A program made the translations under genes and the position numbers. Below are positions 38,501-50,652 of a DNA stretch of 64,000 bases, piece after piece; position 1 is the stretch's first letter, and each line of letters opens with the position of its first letter. The DNA lies in contig NC_042998.1 of the NCBI RefSeq assembly GCF_006345805.1, forward strand, positions 177,258,001 to 177,322,000, read 5' to 3'. The notes under the pieces were generated by a model. It did not search any database. It was given only the letters and a program-made list of their open reading frames with translations, and was not told the DNA's origin. Origin of the DNA: Octopus sinensis (Eukaryota).

Positions 38501-39774
38501 AAAACCTTATACATACAACAGCTACGAATCTGCAACTTGGCTCCAAAACTTAAACAAACGATAGACAAACAAAATAGTATGTGAAGGCAATCTCAACGCA
38601 CAGCTTATATTTTAAATTATTGCAATCAAACTGATTAAAATGACTTGTAGTTTGAAGTATTGCGATGATTAGCAGAATATGTATATTCCATCAGCTAGTT
38701 ACCGCATTTTTTTTTTATATCTTACACATATCTTACACTCTGACAACCATTTAAAAAAATATTTTACAAGCTTTATTGACTGCATTTAATAACAAAACAG
38801 TAAATTAACAACGATTCCATCATCAACGTGCTATAGTCTATGTTTTATTGTTTCGCCAGGAGAAAGTGCAATGTCCACAGGCTTTTACATGGCCTCCGAG
38901 ATTCGTGGGAGGTGGAGACGAAAGTATCCTCAAACTGGATACTGCGACTGAATATTTGCAACAGAATAAGCTCCGGTAAAGGCACCCAAGGATCAAGTGA
39001 GGAAGTTAAACATCTGAAATTCTGAAATTCTGAAATAAATTGTTAATAACGATAGAATTTTCTAAGAATATAATATATTTACAATATTTACTTTTGCGTA
39101 ACATTTTAATTGATTTCGTTTCCAATCGATTCTAGGTGTCTTACTCGTGATGATACACAGCAAGAAGTAAGACAATCTGATAATGGTCATTGATCAAACC
39201 TGATAAAGCTATTGTACAGTTGTGAATTCTGTAAGAGTACATTCTAAAGATGAGATTAATACAATACATTCTCCTTTGTCTCACTACTACAATAGCCCCT
39301 GTTCCTCTGAACTACAAACCCTCTCCACTGAAACCAGCTGGTCTTATTTGCCTTTACTCCTTCCATCGCTTTTATTGTCTCGTACTTTCTCAATCATGCA
39401 ATAGGGATTTTACTCAGTCACTATCCACAAACTGAAATCATTTGGAATTCCCCTCCGCCTCGTTCATGTTTTTTCTTCTTTTGACGAGATCTTTTTTTTT
39501 TTTACTACAGTCATCGAAGTCCAAGTTGAATAACAACCATACAGGCCTCCCCAGTGTAGAGGTGGACTTCAAAAATAATAGCTACAGCCTCTTTTCCCCT
39601 TGTCTATATTCTTTGAAAACAATCTACGCCTTCGTTCAATAAAAGCAAATATTTTCTTACAACAGTTCTAACCTAAAAATGAATTAATGCTTAATTGTTT
39701 GATATACGGGTTGTAAAACAAACTTCCTAGGTTACCTGTAATGAATTTCTAGATATTTTCTATTTAATCATTAT

Positions 39775-39855
<81 letters not shown>

Positions 39856-40173
39856 CATACATACATACATACATACATACATACATACATACACACATAC
39901 ATACACACACACACACCACACATACATACATACATACATACATACATACATACATACACACATACATACACACACACACACATACATACATACATACATA
40001 CATACAGAAGCACATCCACATAGATATACATTCACATATACATACGCATAACATATGCTGCCTTAAATATTTATTTTTAATACGTTCCGGAAGATTCGAA
40101 TGTAAATCTGCTAATCGCTTGGAATACTTCGAGAAGCTGTTCTCCTGTGATAACAACAACAACAACAATAATA

Positions 40174-40235
<62 letters not shown>

Positions 40236-40236
<1 letters not shown>

Positions 40237-40620
40237 GGAAGCACTCCGTCGGTTACGACGATGAGGGTTCCGGTTGATCCGAATCAACGGAACAGCCTGC
40301 TCGTGAAATTAACGTGTAAGTGGCTGAGCACTCCACAAACACGTGCACCCTTAACGCAGTTCTCGGGGATATTCAGCGTGACACAGAGAGTGACAAGGCC
40401 GGCCTTTTGAAATACAGGTACAACAGAAACAGGAAGTAAGAGTGAGAGAAAGTTGTGGTGAAAGAGTACAGCAAGGATCACCACCATCCCTACCGGAGCC
40501 TCGTGGAGCTTTTAGGTGTTTTCGCTCAATAAACACTCACAACGCCCGGTCTGGGAATCGAAACCGGGATCCTATGACCGCGAGTCCGCTGCCCTAACCA
40601 CTGGGCCATTGCGCCTCCAC
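40236..40620 (-). mobile_element. SINE family C, full length, inside (AAT)n
   Basis: Colinear with 57982-58366. Confidence 0.93.
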
Positions 40621-40672
<52 letters not shown>

Positions 40673-40673
<1 letters not shown>

Positions 40674-41222
40674 TGCCCTGAGAGACATTGGCTCTCATGG
40701 CTTCTGATCTTAACTGATTGAAAGTGTTATCATGTACATTGTTTTGTCTTGGTATATAAAATGGGCTACAGCAAATATTCTGCTCAATACCACAGATTTG
40801 CTTGTCAGTTGTTTGACCTTAACCAGTTGACCATGTCCCTTAGTGGCAGACGATATGCGCATCTCTGATCACGAGCAGAAGTAGCAGGGGAGCATCATAG
40901 CCGTGTGTTGAAAGGAATTCTTTGAGGTTTGGATAATTCACCTTTGGAAACATGGGTGGTTCGTTCAACATCCTTAAACAATCCTTATTCAGGGACCTTT
41001 TGAGCGGGATGGGCTACTCGACCAGAAAAAAATTCTAACTGGGCCCCACCTGCAAAGTCATGTGCTGTTTATCTTGATATGAAATCACCATGTCGTGCAC
41101 ACATGGTTGTGATGCATGTGCCTAGTGTACCTTTATCAGACGAGTAGTCATAATGGGTATACTGGGCTTCGTATATTTTACCCCAGTGTCACTTTGATGG
41201 CATGCACTGTTCTCTCACTCAA
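40673..41222 (+). mobile_element. ~550-nt LINE 3'UTR-like repeat, copy 2, bounded by (TAA)n on both sides
   Basis: Colinear with 2818-3380. Confidence 0.8.
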
Positions 41223-41399
41223 TAATAATAATAATAATAATAAAGGGTGGAGCACTTGCAGAAAACAGCACTGCTTGGAACCGCTCGTATACTCTGGATG
41301 GTGCTCAAAAAATAAGGGGTGTTACCTTAGTTCACTGTGAGTGAACAACTGGCACCATAGTACATCTCCAGCGTTAGAAGCTGTGCAAAGACATTAATA

Positions 41400-41442
<43 letters not shown>

Positions 41443-41446
41443 GCTG

Positions 41447-41664
41447 GCCAAAGCGGTGAGCTGGCAGAAACGTTAGCACGCCGGGCGAAATGCTTAGCAG
41501 TATTTCGTCTGTCGCTACGTTCTGAGTGCAAATTCCGCCGAGGACGACTTTGCCTTTCATCCTTTCGAGGTCGATAAATTAAGTACCAGTTGCGTACTGG
41601 GGTCGATCTAATCGACTGTCCCTCGCCCCCAAAATTTCGGTCCTTGTTCCTAGAGTAGAAAAAG

Positions 41665-41665
<1 letters not shown>
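41447..41665 (+). mobile_element. SINE family A (tail type 2) inside (TTA)n
   Basis: Head/core/tail match. Confidence 0.9.
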
Positions 41666-41719
<54 letters not shown>

Positions 41720-42164
41720 GTCCCACGGGTAACCTTTGACATTTTCTATTCATTAAGGTCCTTCAAGCCAATATTTACATGCTATTATAGCTTTATGTAA
41801 TGCGCTTCGAGAGTCAAGAGTTAATGTTTTACAAAAAAAAATTAGTTATTTCATGCTCTCTTGAAAGTTTATAAAATTCTTATGACACCGATAATATTTA
41901 TGTGTGTATGTGTATATATATAGAATTAGACAGACAGACATACAGACAGACAGACATACAGACAGACAGACATACAGACAGACAGACATACAGACAGACA
42001 GACAAACAGCTAGATAGATATTAATTGTTGGTAGAGACACCATGTTTCGTTTTGCAACCATAATTTGCAAGTATATGAAAGGTTTACAAGTCAGTATTGT
42101 GGCTTACTTTTGTGTCAGCAGTGCGAGACAATCACTTTTAAGTTTATCTCTACAGGTTTTCTAC

Positions 42165-42510
42165 AGGCGCAAGTGTGACTGTGTGGTAAGAAGCTTGCCT
42201 CTCAACCACATGGTTCCGAGTTCAGTGGCATCTTGGGCAAGTGTCTTATACTAAAGTCTCGGGCCGACCAAAGCCTTGTAAAAGAAGAAACTGAAATAAG
42301 CCCGTCGTATATATGTGTGTGTGTGTGTGCGTGTGTGTGTGTGTGTGTGTATCCATCACGGTGTGACAACCGGTGTTGGTGTGTTTATGTCCCCGATAGA
42401 GAAAGTACCAGGCTTTAAAAAACAAGTCCTAGAGTCGATTTCTTCGACTAAAGTCCTTCAAGGCGGTGCTCCAGCATGACTGAAACAAATAAAAGGATAA
42501 AAGAATTTAG
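42165..42510 (+). mobile_element. SINE family B with internal deletions
   Basis: Head and tail motifs present. Confidence 0.8.
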
Positions 42511-42634
42511 TGCCAAACTTAAAGACCCACCAAGTTTAGTGGTGTAATACTATTGGATTGACCAATTTACATATGGCACGTACATATTAATTACTGCCAG
42601 GAGCACCATATCTCGTTTTGCAACCATAATATTC

Positions 42635-43090
42635 TACCAAATATATTCTTTTCTACTCTAGGCACAATGCCCGAAATTTTGGGGGAGGGGGTGCCAGTCG
42701 ATTAGATCGACCCCAGTACGCAACTGGTACTTAATTTATCGATCCCGAAAGGATGAAAGGCAAAGTTGACCTCGGCGGAATTATACTACCAAATATATTC
42801 TTTTCTACTCTAGGCACAAGGCCCGAAATTTTGGGGGAGGTGGGGCCAGTCGATTAGATCGACCCCAGTACGCATCTGGTACTTAATTTATCGAACCCGA
42901 AAGGATGAAAGGCAAAGTTGACCTCGGCAGAATTATACTACCAAATATATTCTTTTCTAGTCTAGGCACAAGGCCCGAAATTTTGGGGGAGGCAGGGGCA
43001 GTCGATTAGATCGACCCAGTACGCAACTGGTACTTAATTTATCGACCCCGAAAGGATGAAAGGTAAAGTTGACTTCGGCGGAATTATACA
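42635..43090 (-). repeat. Three tandem 152-nt units, each a 5'-truncated SINE A plus flank
   Basis: taccaaatatattcttttc starts at 42635, 42787, 42939. Confidence 0.9.
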
Positions 43091-43401
43091 AGCAAATATA
43101 TTAAAAGGTTATAACTCAATACTGTGTCCTACTTTTGAGTTAGTAGTGCAACACAATCACTTTTAAGTTTACCTCAACAGTGCTGGCTTTAAATTCTTTA
43201 GAAAATCTGTAGAAATAATCTTAAAAGTGATTATAAGATTACATTAGCTAAAGTGTGTACGTTTCCAAGGCAGTAAAGTGTGATTTGAGGGTGATTTGGC
43301 TGCTAATTTTCTCAGGACACGCGACCATGTAGAGGCTCACCTGTGGTAGTTGACTGGAGTAACATATATCAATGAAAGTATGGAGATTTGGTGGAAATAT
43401 A

Positions 43402-43633
43402 TATTTCTTTACTGCCCACAAGGGGCTAAACATAGAGGGGCAAACAAGGACAGACAAAGGGATTAAGTCGATTACATCGACCCCAGTGCGAAACTGGTAT
43501 TTTATTTATCGACCCCGAAAGGATGAAAGGCAAAGTCGACCTCGGCGGAATTTGAACTCAGAACGTAACGACAGACGAAATACCGCTAAGCATTTCGCCC
43601 GGCGCGCTAACGTTTCTGCCAGCTCGCCACCTT
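43402..43633 (-). mobile_element. SINE family A, full length, with TSD
   Basis: TSD atttggtggaaatata at 43386-43401 and 43634-43649. Confidence 0.93.
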
Positions 43634-44828
43634 ATTTGGTGGAAATATAATCTCTCTCAAAGATAGAAGGTTAAAAAATTTGAAGATGATCTCAGGAGTA
43701 CTCTAGCAAATGTACTGCTTATTTATTCACATCGTTCTGAATTAGTCATCTATTATCATGTAGCTACAAGATTTCAATGATGTAATTGTTTATTTTTTAG
43801 GATGATATTGTAGGTGTAAGAAACCACATCTGGCTGGTCTGAGTATAAAACAGGTTGAATATTTGGGTTTGATATGACTAGTTTAAATGATAGAGGGTTA
43901 ATCCATTCCCAGTGTTCGATTAATACTAATCATATAGAGCTCGAAAGAATAAACTGTAAAGTCGATCACGGTGGGATTTGAACTCAAAACTTAAATGTAC
44001 ATAATTCAAAATATGTCCGGTGATTTCCCAATTCTAGCAACCACCGCTTCTTCCTTATTCATGCAATGCTAGCCGTGGCGAAAATAAAAGAGCTTGCTAT
44101 CGAATTTTTTAATATTTTTCTTTTATCGGTATGACAGAAACATGTGGCGATATTCTGGAATGTTTTAGGGGGGAAATAGCTTTGAGTTCAGACCTTAAGC
44201 TTTTAACCTATCACGAATCTTCCTGACAGGAAATGAACTCATACTAACTTATTCAATTAAAATCAATAACAGTTCCAGTGGTAATTTGAATTTTTGTTTT
44301 GTGGAGAAGGAGGGAGAGGAAAGGGTAGGGGATGGAGAAACGTTTGATCAGCCACGTGATATGGTATTGGTTCAAACAAAAAGAATAATGGAGCAAACGA
44401 GGTCAATGTGTCGAACTGGGAAAGAATGTATTGATTTCTGACATATACACCAGACCTCGGTGTTACAGAAGAGAGGAGCAAGGAACTAGATTAAAAGGCA
44501 TTCATTCCTTTCTCGGTAGCATAGGCAACGCAATCGATAGGAAAATCATTTCAAAAGAAGATCGAAAACTAGTAAGATGTTGGCAGTTTGTTTATTTTTG
44601 CACTATTCACCTGTAATGGATGATTTTTACAATAAAGGTGTGAAAATGTTGTTTGTAACTCTCTCAAAAGTTATCAACAACGTGAGTGCAGTGAATTGGT
44701 CGTAATTAAGCATGGGAAGGTTCACGCAGTCGCCAAAATTTGGTCTTTATTACTGTCGTTATTTAGCCCCGAATCAGGTTTGATACAGCAAACGTGATCA
44801 AAAACGTTCAATCCCTAACCATCCCATA

Positions 44829-45054
44829 TACTCTTTTACTCTTTTACTCTTTTACTTGTTTCAGTCATTTGACTGCGGCCATGCTGGAGCACCGCCTTTT
44901 TAGTCGAGCAAATCGACCCCGGGACTTATTCTTTTTTGTAAGCCCAGTACTTATTCTGTCGGTCTCTTTTGCCGAACCGCTAAGAGACGGGGACGTAAAC
45001 ACACCAGCATCGGTTGTCAAGCAATGCTAGGGGGACAAACACAGACACACAAAC

Positions 45055-45087
<33 letters not shown>

Positions 45088-45255
45088 CATATATACGACA
45101 GGCTTCTTTCAGTTTCCGTCTACCAAATCCACTCACAAGGCATTGGTCGGCCCGGGGCTATAACAGAAGACACTTGCCCAAGATGTAACGCAGTGGGACT
45201 GAACCCGGAACCATGTGGTTGGTTAGCAAGCTACTTACCACACAGCCACTCCTGC
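44829..45255 (-). mobile_element. SINE family B, full length
   Basis: (TACTCTTT)n tail to ..cacagccactcctgc head. Confidence 0.93.
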
Positions 45256-46100
45256 TCAGTTTTTTTTTTTTTTTTTCAGGCATAGTATTGTCAAATGTGA
45301 CCTTCCCTCTTTTTAAAACGATAAGATGTGACTCAAGAGAAATTTAACTCCGAGTTTTAGCATGTCTGGTGGCCACATAGACTTGTTAATGCCTCGTGAC
45401 TTTTATCGTTGTTGCTATCATAGCTGAGAGAAATCTTTAATAATGCCAGTGTCTATCATGTGATCGTCAGGTTGGGCAGAGGTTTGGTTACAATCGGCGT
45501 AGCTAAGAGACAATTACAGAAACTGGGGAGGTTTTTTTTTGTTTTGGTTTTTTTTTTGGGGGGGGGGGCTTTTTTTTTTGCATAACGTGGAAAATTAAAG
45601 ATTAAGGGAATGGAGGAGATTATATCATTTATATCTTTTTTCCCAATGCTTTCATCAAAACTAGAAAAAAAGAAACAACTCCTCCCCCACCCCTAGATAA
45701 ATATGGTTTAATTTAATATGAATTCAAAACGGCTTCACATTGGTTGATTCAACAGCAGTTCGGTTATCATTTTGAGTGTCGATGGAGAAAGAAGATTTAC
45801 ATCCTACTCAAGCTGACTACGAAGCCTAGTTTTGATTCCTGCAAATAATTATTTTGCTTGATTCAGATTATCTTCTTAAGGAAAAGAATTAATGCTGTAA
45901 CATCTTATTTCTCTCCAATAAAAATGCCAGGTCAAAAAAAAAAAGAAAGAAAGAAGTAAATATGTTGAGTAGATTGGTGCTGTAGAATGAGAGATGAGTT
46001 TCTACAAGATGGGTATCTGTAAACGTAAAACGTAAATGAATGTTAGTTTACCAATATTGAGGAATTGTAAGTGAAATGGTAGACTATATATATATATATA

Positions 46101-46321
46101 TTACTCTTTTACTCTTTTACTTGTTTCAGTCATTTGACTGTGGCCATGCTGGAGCACCGCCTTTAGTCGAGCAAACCGACCCCAGGACTTATTCTTTGTA
46201 AACTTAGTACTTATTTTATCGGTCTCTTTTGCCGAGCCGCTAAGTTACGGGGACGTAAACGCACCAGCATCGGTTGTCACGTGATGTTGGGGGACAAACA
46301 CAGACATATACACACACGTAC

Positions 46322-46353
<32 letters not shown>

Positions 46354-46520
46354 ATATATATAAATATACGACGGGCTTCTTTCAGTTTCCGTCTACCAAA
46401 TCCACTCACAAGGCCTTGGTCGGCCCGAGGCTCTAGTAGAAGACATTTGCCCAAGGTGCCACGCAGTGGGACTGAACCCAGAACCATGTGGTTGATAAGC
46501 AACCTACTTACCACACAGCC
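46101..46520 (-). mobile_element. SINE family B, full length
   Basis: Colinear with 44829-45255. Confidence 0.92.
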
Positions 46521-46925
46521 CAAAAAAAAAGAAAAGACGAAGACGGGTGTGTAAACAACAAACAGATGTATTAGTTTAACGCTCGAGAAGTGAGAAAGTC
46601 TTTTACGTTTCGAGCTTAAGCTCTTCGACAGAAAGGAACGCAGAAATAAACAGGATGAGAAAAACAGAAAAAGATTTAGTGGCTAGCGATCTATCATGGC
46701 GAATGCCGGATAGAGGGGTCACATAGGAGAGCTAGGAAGAAGGGGAGATAATAAAATAGTGGTGATCCCAAAGCGTGTATGTGCGAGTGGAAGGGCGTTG
46801 GTGACCTTGATGTGTGTGTGCATGTGTAGGTGTGTGGATGATGGTGTAGTGCTGAAAAGTGATCAGTAATAGAGAGGAAGGAGTCTTGATGTTCGTGGGA
46901 GAGTGAGGTCACACTGATCTGTCGT
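46521..46925 (-). mobile_element. Repeat family H2, copy 3 (longest; extends ~220 nt beyond the other copies)
   Basis: Shared segment 46521-46700, then continues to a (TA)-rich tract at ~46930. Confidence 0.7.
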
Positions 46926-47198
46926 CAATATACGACCGTATATACACATATATTATAGATATTATATATATATATATATTATATATATAATATAATATAT
47001 ATATATAATATATAATATATATATATATATATATTAGTTATCGCCATACTAATATGGCATTCTTATAAAAATAAGAAAAAAGCTGACCGCTTATTAGCTC
47101 CATGAGGCCATCGCCTTAAGTTAGCTATTTGATACACAACTGTATCCATATAACCTTTGAACAAGGGAGGTCAGTCGCTCCACACTACTTGGCCGGCA

Positions 47199-47240
47199 GC
47201 TACAGACGCGTTTCGGGGTATTGCCCCTTTTCAATGCAGC
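47199..47240 (-). ncRNA. Type I hammerhead ribozyme motif, U3-A8 core
   Basis: GCUGCA-UUGAAAA-GGGG caaua CCCC-GAA-AC gc GU-C-UGUAGC on minus strand. Confidence 0.75.
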
Positions 47241-47643
47241 GTAGCCAAACCAGTAGGTGTCGCTTCCGACAATCTCTGTTCAAAGGTTTTATTTACCTAG
47301 CTTCGGTGGAATACTCCACTTGTTTTCAATAATAGAAATATTAAAATTACTAAGTCTCTCTAAAAGAGAACAACGGCAGCGTTCCCGGAAAATATTAGTT
47401 ATCGCCATACTAATATGGCATTCTTATAAAAATAAGAAAAAAGCTGACCGCTTATTAGCTCCAGAGGCCATCGCCTTAAGTTAGCTATTTGATACACAAA
47501 CTGTATCCATATAACCTTTGAACAAGGGAGGTCAGTCGCTCCACACTACTTGGCCGGCAGCTACAGACGCGTTTCGGGGTATTGCTAGGTAAATAAAACC
47601 TTTGAACAGAGTTGTCGGAAGCGACACCTACTGGTTTGGCTAC

Positions 47644-47684
47644 GCTGCATTGAAAAGGGGCAATACCCCGAAACGCGTCGTAGC
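47644..47684 (+). ncRNA. Type I hammerhead motif (1-nt deletion next to the cleavage site)
   Basis: Same fold; gtc-gtagc instead of gtctgtagc, possibly a sequencing indel. Confidence 0.6.
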
Positions 47685-47999
47685 TGCCGGCCAAGTAGTG
47701 TGGAGCGACTGACCTCCCTTGTTCAAAGGTTATATGGATACAGTTTTGTATCAAATAGCTAACTTAAGGCGATGGCCTCATGGAGCAATAAGCGGTCAGC
47801 TTTTTTCTTATTTTTATAAGAATGCCATATTAGTATGGCGATAACTAATATTTTCCGGGAACGCTGCCGTTGTTCCTTTTAGAGAGACTTAGTAATTTTA
47901 ATATTTCTATTATTGAAAACAAGTGGATGTATTCCACCGAGCTAGGTAAATAAACCTTTGAACAGAGATTGTCGGAAGCGACACCTACTGGTTGGCTAC

Positions 48000-48041
48000 G
48001 CTGCATTGAAAAGGGGCAATACCCCGAAACGCGTCTGTAGC
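48000..48041 (+). ncRNA. Type I hammerhead ribozyme motif, U3-A8 core
   Basis: Intact 42-nt motif; predicted cleavage 48035/48036. Confidence 0.75.
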
Positions 48042-48357
48042 TGCGGCCAAGTAGTGTGAGCGACTGACCTCCCTTGTTCAAAGGTTATATGGATACAGTT
48101 TGTGTATCAAATAGCTAACTTAAGGCGATGGCCTCATGGAGCTAATAAGCGGTCAGCTTTTCTTATTTTTATAAGAATGCCATATTAGTATGGCGATAAC
48201 TAATATTTTCCGGGAACGCTGCCGTTGTTCTCTTTTAGAGAGACTTAGTAATTTTAATATTTCTATTATTGAAAACAAGTGGATGATTCCACCGAAGCTA
48301 GGTAAATAAAACCTTTGAACAGAGATTGTCGGAAGCGACACCTACTGGTTTGGCTAC

Positions 48358-48399
48358 GCTGCATTGAAAAGGGGCAATACCCCGAAACGCGTCTGTAGC
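48358..48399 (+). ncRNA. Type I hammerhead ribozyme motif, U3-A8 core
   Basis: Intact; stem I extends via ttggc(48350-54)/gccaa(48405-09); predicted cleavage 48393/48394. Confidence 0.78.
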
Positions 48400-48856
48400 T
48401 GCCGGCCAAGTAGTGTGGAGCGACTGACCTCCCTTGTTCAAAGGTTATATGGATACATTTTGTGTATCAAATAGCTAACTTAAGGCGATGGCCTCATGGA
48501 GCTAATAAGCGGTCAGCTTTTTTCTTATTTTTATAAGAATGCCATATTAGTATGGCGATAACTAATATTTTCCGGGAACGCTGCCGTGTTTCTTTTAGAG
48601 AGACTTAGTAATTTTAATATTCTATATATATATATATATATATAATTAATATATATATATATATATAATATATAATATTATATATATATATATATAATAG
48701 TTATCGCCATACTAATATGGCATTCTTATAAACAAAGAATAAAGCTGTCCGCTTATTAGCTCCATGAGGCCATCGCCTTAAGTAGCTATTTGATACAACA
48801 ACTTATCCATATAACCTTCGAACAAGGGAGGTCAGTCGCTCCACACTACTTGACCG

Positions 48857-48895
48857 GCATTGAAAAGGGGCAATACCCCGAAACGCGTCTGTAGC
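48857..48895 (+). ncRNA. Hammerhead core forming the loop of a ~165-bp fold-back
   Basis: Core intact; only 3 bp of native stem I remain. Confidence 0.55.
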
Positions 48896-49359
48896 TGCCG
48901 GTCAAGTAGTGTGGAGCGACTGACCTCCTTGTTCGAAGGTTATATGGATACAGTTTGTGTATTCAAATAGCTAACTTAAGGCGATGGCCTCATGGAGCTA
49001 ATAAGCGGACAGCTTTAGTCTTATTTTTATAAGAATGCCATATTAGTATGGCGATAACTATTATTTTCCGGGAACGCTGCCGTTGTTCTCTTTTAGAGAG
49101 ACTTAGTAATTTTAATATTTCTATTATATATATATATAATTATATATTATATTATATATATTATATATATAATATAATATTATATATATAATATTATAAT
49201 AGTTATCGCCATACTAATATGGCATTCTTATAAAATAAAGAATAAAGCTGTCCGCTTATTATTCCATGAGGCCATCGCCTTAAGTTAGCTATTTGATACA
49301 CAAACTGTATCCATATACCTTCGAACAAGGGAGGTCAGTCGCTCCACACTACTTGACCG

Positions 49360-49398
49360 GCATTGAAAAGGTGCAATACCCCGAAACGCGTCTGTAGC
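49360..49398 (+). ncRNA. Hammerhead core in loop of second fold-back module
   Basis: As 48857-48895, with one stem II mismatch (ggtg). Confidence 0.5.
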
Positions 49399-49690
49399 TG
49401 CCGGTCAAGTAGTGTGGAGCGACTGACCTCCCTTGTTCGAAGGTTATATGGATACAGTTTGTGTATCAATAGCTAACTTAAGGCGATGGCCTCATGGAGC
49501 TAATAAGCGGACAGCTTTAGTCTTATTTTTATAAGAATGCCATATTAGTATGGCGATAACTATTATTTTCCGGGAACGCTTTCCGTTTTTCTCTTTTAGA
49601 GAGACTTAGTAATTTTAATATTTCTATATATAATATATATATATATTATATATATATATATATATTATATATATATATATATATATAAAT

Positions 49691-49753
<63 letters not shown>

Positions 49754-49854
49754 CGTTTCCTGGTGAGAAATGTTGTGAATTTGTTGAAACGGATATTGTT
49801 ATATTTTGGGATGGTCATTTTGTGTATGTGTGTGTATATTTGGCCAAAAAAAGG

Positions 49855-50176
49855 GTGCGTGGTTCAGTGGTTAGAACTTACGATCGTGAGGTTGTGAGTT
49901 CGAATCCCAGACCGGGCTGCGTGATGCGTTCTTGAGCAAGACACTTTATTTCACGTTGCTCCAGTTCACTCAGCTGTAGAAATGGAGTTGCGACGTCACA
50001 GATGCCAGGCTGTATCGGCCTTTTCCTTTCCCTTGGATAACATCGGTGGCATGGACAGAGGAGGCTGGTATGCATGGGCGGCTGCTGGTCTTCCATAAAC
50101 CTTGCCTGGACTTGTGCCTGGGAGGGTGACTTTCTAGGTGCAATCCCATGGTCAGTCATGACCGAAGGGGGTCTCA
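49855..50176 (+). mobile_element. tRNA-derived SINE related to family D with a different 3' half
   Basis: gcgtggttcagtggttag..gagttcgaatcccagaccggg..ttcacgttgctccagttcactcagctg. Confidence 0.75.
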
Positions 50177-50222
50177 GTCATTACGTTTATGAATTTGTGT
50201 TCCAAGATTACTGGAGTGAAAT

Positions 50223-50255
<33 letters not shown>

Positions 50256-50323
50256 ACATATGTAAATCCCCAAAATTTATCCTTGGATCTTACTTTTATA
50301 TATATATATACATACATACAAAA

Positions 50324-50652
50324 AAGGAATACTGGTGGCATGTACCAGTGAAGACCTCAAAATGTAAGCACAACAGACCTGATATAATGATTTGGGATAG
50401 AGAAGAGAAACAGTGCACAGTCATGGAAATCAGCTGCCCTCTGGATGTTAATATAAAGCTGAAGATCAGTGATAAAAAGAACACCTATGCTGAACTATTG
50501 AAAAATCTGCACTTACTCTATCCAGATTACAAGTTCAGATTTATACCTGTAATTATTGGGGTCCAGGGATATGTAACACACTGCCTAAATACCTTGAGAA
50601 ATTGAGCTTCTCAGGACCAGAAAGGAAAGAGCTAATTCGAAGACTACATATC
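50324..50652 (+). mobile_element. Restriction-like endonuclease domain fragment of an R2/R4(Dong)/NeSL-type non-LTR retrotransposon
   Basis: KCKHNRPDIMIWDREEKQCTVMEISCPLDVNI..KKNTYAELL..FIPVIIGVQGYV, then frameshift to LEKLSFSGPERKELIRRLH; RPD..E..P..K..Y..P..IG..G pattern. Confidence 0.85.

Larger units (their letters stand above)
47035..49625. mobile_element. Array of repeat family H1 (~360-nt unit with hammerhead fold): retrozyme / Penelope pLTR-like
   Basis: 1.5 units minus (47035-47585), ~2.9 units plus (47586-48624), two fold-back modules (48696-49126, 49198-49625), all bounded by (TA)n. Confidence 0.85.
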
